Assembly: GCA_016927685.1 (NCBI GenBank) | Contig: JAFGMD010000012.1 | Span: 23,866 to 87,865, forward strand | Origin: Candidatus Falkowbacteria bacterium | Lineage (GTDB): Bacteria > Patescibacteriota > Patescibacteriia > CAIXNZ01 | DNA: 64,000 bases | Reading direction: 5' to 3' | Part shown: piece after piece, positions 62,435 to 64,000 of the stretch | How positions within the stretch are numbered: the first letter of the stretch is position 1 | Layout: each line of letters begins with the position of its first letter | The notes under the pieces: generated by a model | Seen by the model: the letters and a program-made list of their open reading frames with translations, nothing else | The model's database searches: none | Told to the model about the DNA's origin: nothing | Translations under genes and position numbers: made by a program

Positions 62435-62521
62435 ATGGCAAAGAAAAGAAAAGCAGCTAAAAAAGGAAAAAAGAAAGCTGCAAAAAAGAAAAAGAAAGCT
62501 GCTAAAAAACGCAGAAGATAA
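62435..62521 (+). CDS. 28-aa Lys/Ala/Arg histone-H1/protamine-like peptide (not in ORF track)
   Basis: MAKKRKAAKKGKKKAAKKKKKAAKKRRR*; in-frame GCA/GCT codons with synonymous variation; followed by a terminator at about 62538-62580. Confidence 0.75.
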   Translation: MAKKRKAAKKGKKKAAKKKKKAAKKRRR

Positions 62522-62584
62522 ATGCTTAACCAATAAGCAACAATAAAACCCTTTTAATCATAGAAGGGTTTTATTGTTTTAATA

Positions 62585-63832
62585 TTATATTAAACTTGCT
62601 TGCTGAAATTTTTTTCTTTCTTTGCCATTAAAAATTTTTACGATACCATATATACCATCATAACCCGGCTCAATAAATAATTTACCTTCACGAACTCTTT
62701 TAATACCCTCAACAACTTCGCCTTGACCAATTTTTTTTAATTCCTCAATGCTTAAATCAAGAAGTACAGCAAATTCATTTTTACCTTTTTTAATCATACT
62801 AAAATATTCCTCCTGAACTTTCTTTGAATTTTTTCCCAAATCAAAAGCCTCGGCAATTATTTCTGACAAAGGCACAATGTTTTTGTAAGGAATATGATTA
62901 TCAAGTTCTCCCACTTCTCGATCGGCCAAATCATCAACTCGATGTAATACACCAATGGTTAAGGGTTTTTTACAGACCGGACACAAACCTTTATTCTTTT
63001 TTGTTTCCTTCGGTTCCAAAGATACATTACATGTCGCATGACCATCAATATGATATTTGCCTTCTTCGGGATGAAATTCAATTGTGAATAAAAATTTCTT
63101 CTTATCCTTATTTTTTAAAGTATTATAAATTTCATCATAAGAACTTTCTGCAAAATCAAAAACATTTGCTTCGCGACCAAGATTTGGCAATGAGTGCGCA
63201 TCAGAATTAGAAACCAAAGTAATTTTATCCAAAGCTGATAAACGCCAATTCATGGGCGGGTCAGAGGAAAGGCCAGTTTCAATGGCGAAAATATTTTTTG
63301 CATATTCTCCAAAGCATTCTTCAATAGTGTCAAAGCCAGATTTGGAACCAAAGATAGAAAACCAAGGTGTCCAGGCATGCGCTGGAATAATCAGCGCTTT
63401 CTTATTTATATCCAAACAAATTTTTGTCAGTTCAATTGCTGACATGCCCAAAATTGGCCTACCATCTGATTTCAAATTGTATCCACCTTTTTCCAGGTAA
63501 TCGTTAAATTTCTCAACATCAGAAATCTCTGGGAAAAAAATATTTATATGTATTCTGCGGCATTTATCGCCCTGTTTATAAATGCAAGAAATTTCCGTGC
63601 CTAAGATAAATTTTACTTTGCCATTACCACTTCTAAGTTGGTGTAAGCCATTCGCCATTGGCACTAAGCCATTTGCTATTTCTTTAAACCAAGCCGGATG
63701 AGTAAAATCGCCAGTAGCCACAATATCAATACCCTTGATTTGGCACCACTTATCAATATTTTCCAATGTCAAATCCTGCGAGCAAGCCCGCGAATATTTG
63801 GAATGAATATGTAAATCGGCGATCTGGCGCAT
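62585..63832 (-). CDS. Endonuclease Q family (PHP domain plus zinc finger)
   Basis: ADLHIHSKYSRA, GDFTHP.W, PAHAWTPW, ETGLSSDP.MNW, SNSDAHS, EGKYH.DGH..C, CPVC...GV..RV, PGYDG.YG. Confidence 0.92.
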   Translation of the reverse strand: MRQIADLHIHSKYSRACSQDLTLENIDKWCQIKGIDIVATGDFTHPAWFKEIANGLVPMANGLHQLRSGNGKVKFILGTEISCIYKQGDKCRRIHINIFFPEISDVEKFNDYLEKGGYNLKSDGRPILGMSAIELTKICLDINKKALIIPAHAWTPWFSIFGSKSGFDTIEECFGEYAKNIFAIETGLSSDPPMNWRLSALDKITLVSNSDAHSLPNLGREANVFDFAESSYDEIYNTLKNKDKKKFLFTIEFHPEEGKYHIDGHATCNVSLEPKETKKNKGLCPVCKKPLTIGVLHRVDDLADREVGELDNHIPYKNIVPLSEIIAEAFDLGKNSKKVQEEYFSMIKKGKNEFAVLLDLSIEELKKIGQGEVVEGIKRVREGKLFIEPGYDGIYGIVKIFNGKERKKFQQASLI

Positions 63833-63835
63833 ATA

Positions 63836-64000
63836 TTATTTAAAAACTTTTTTAATTGCTTCGTATTGTTCTTTGACTAATTCTCTCGCCTCTGGAATTA
63901 ATTTATTCCAGCTGCGCTCCATTTTAGCCAAGGCCCAGTTCAGGCCTGGTTGATAATCTAAGCCATGAACTTTCCAGGCCAAATACAACAAGGCCGAAAA
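63836..64000 (-). CDS. 3' end of a gene running off the window (possibly an HD-domain protein)
   Basis: Open frame FSALLYLAWK...AKMERSWNKLIPEARELVKEQYEAIKKVFK*, ending 3 nt before the EndoQ start. Confidence 0.6.
   Translation of the reverse strand, partial: FSALLYLAWKVHGLDYQPGLNWALAKMERSWNKLIPEARELVKEQYEAIKKVFK

Overview
AT-rich bacterial chromosomal window (standard code 11). Gene content and style point to Patescibacteria/CPR, Parcubacteria-like (inference): DUF4012-GT4 locus, TrmB regulator, secG next to a family-5 SBP, ECF/MacAB operon, and housekeeping genes without Shine-Dalgarno (SD) sequences. The backbone is rich in translation and RNA-processing genes: argS (partial), tyrS, valS, trpS, type-2 ileS, queA, CCA-adding enzyme, rluD, rplS, RNase J, RNase P RNA, a U32/TrhP-like enzyme and three tRNAs, including an unusual tRNA-Ile(UAU). 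It also carries uvrA, ruvA, EndoQ, a four-subunit pyruvate:ferredoxin oxidoreductase, a FemAB-family enzyme and a surface-glycan locus. A second class of genes is interleaved with this backbone: self-contained orphan cassettes, most with their own sigma70-type promoter, a strong AGGAGG-type SD and an intrinsic terminator. The most striking case is a GC-richer tandem array of five secreted, membrane or lipoprotein genes (29344-37762). They share promoter sequence, have boxA-like leaders and swap modules: CGDG cysteine repeats, OmpA-like domains, 10 Ig repeats, TSP3 repeats and an unrecognised shared C-terminal domain. Two microproteins missing from the ORF track were also found (a CX6CX2CX5C protein and a 28-aa Lys/Ala/Arg peptide), along with a displaced tRNA 3' half interrupted by a REP-like hairpin and 7-9-nt periodic repeats in SD-less leaders. 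No CRISPR array, transposase, integrase or rRNA was seen. All family assignments come from motif recognition by eye; no database search was run.
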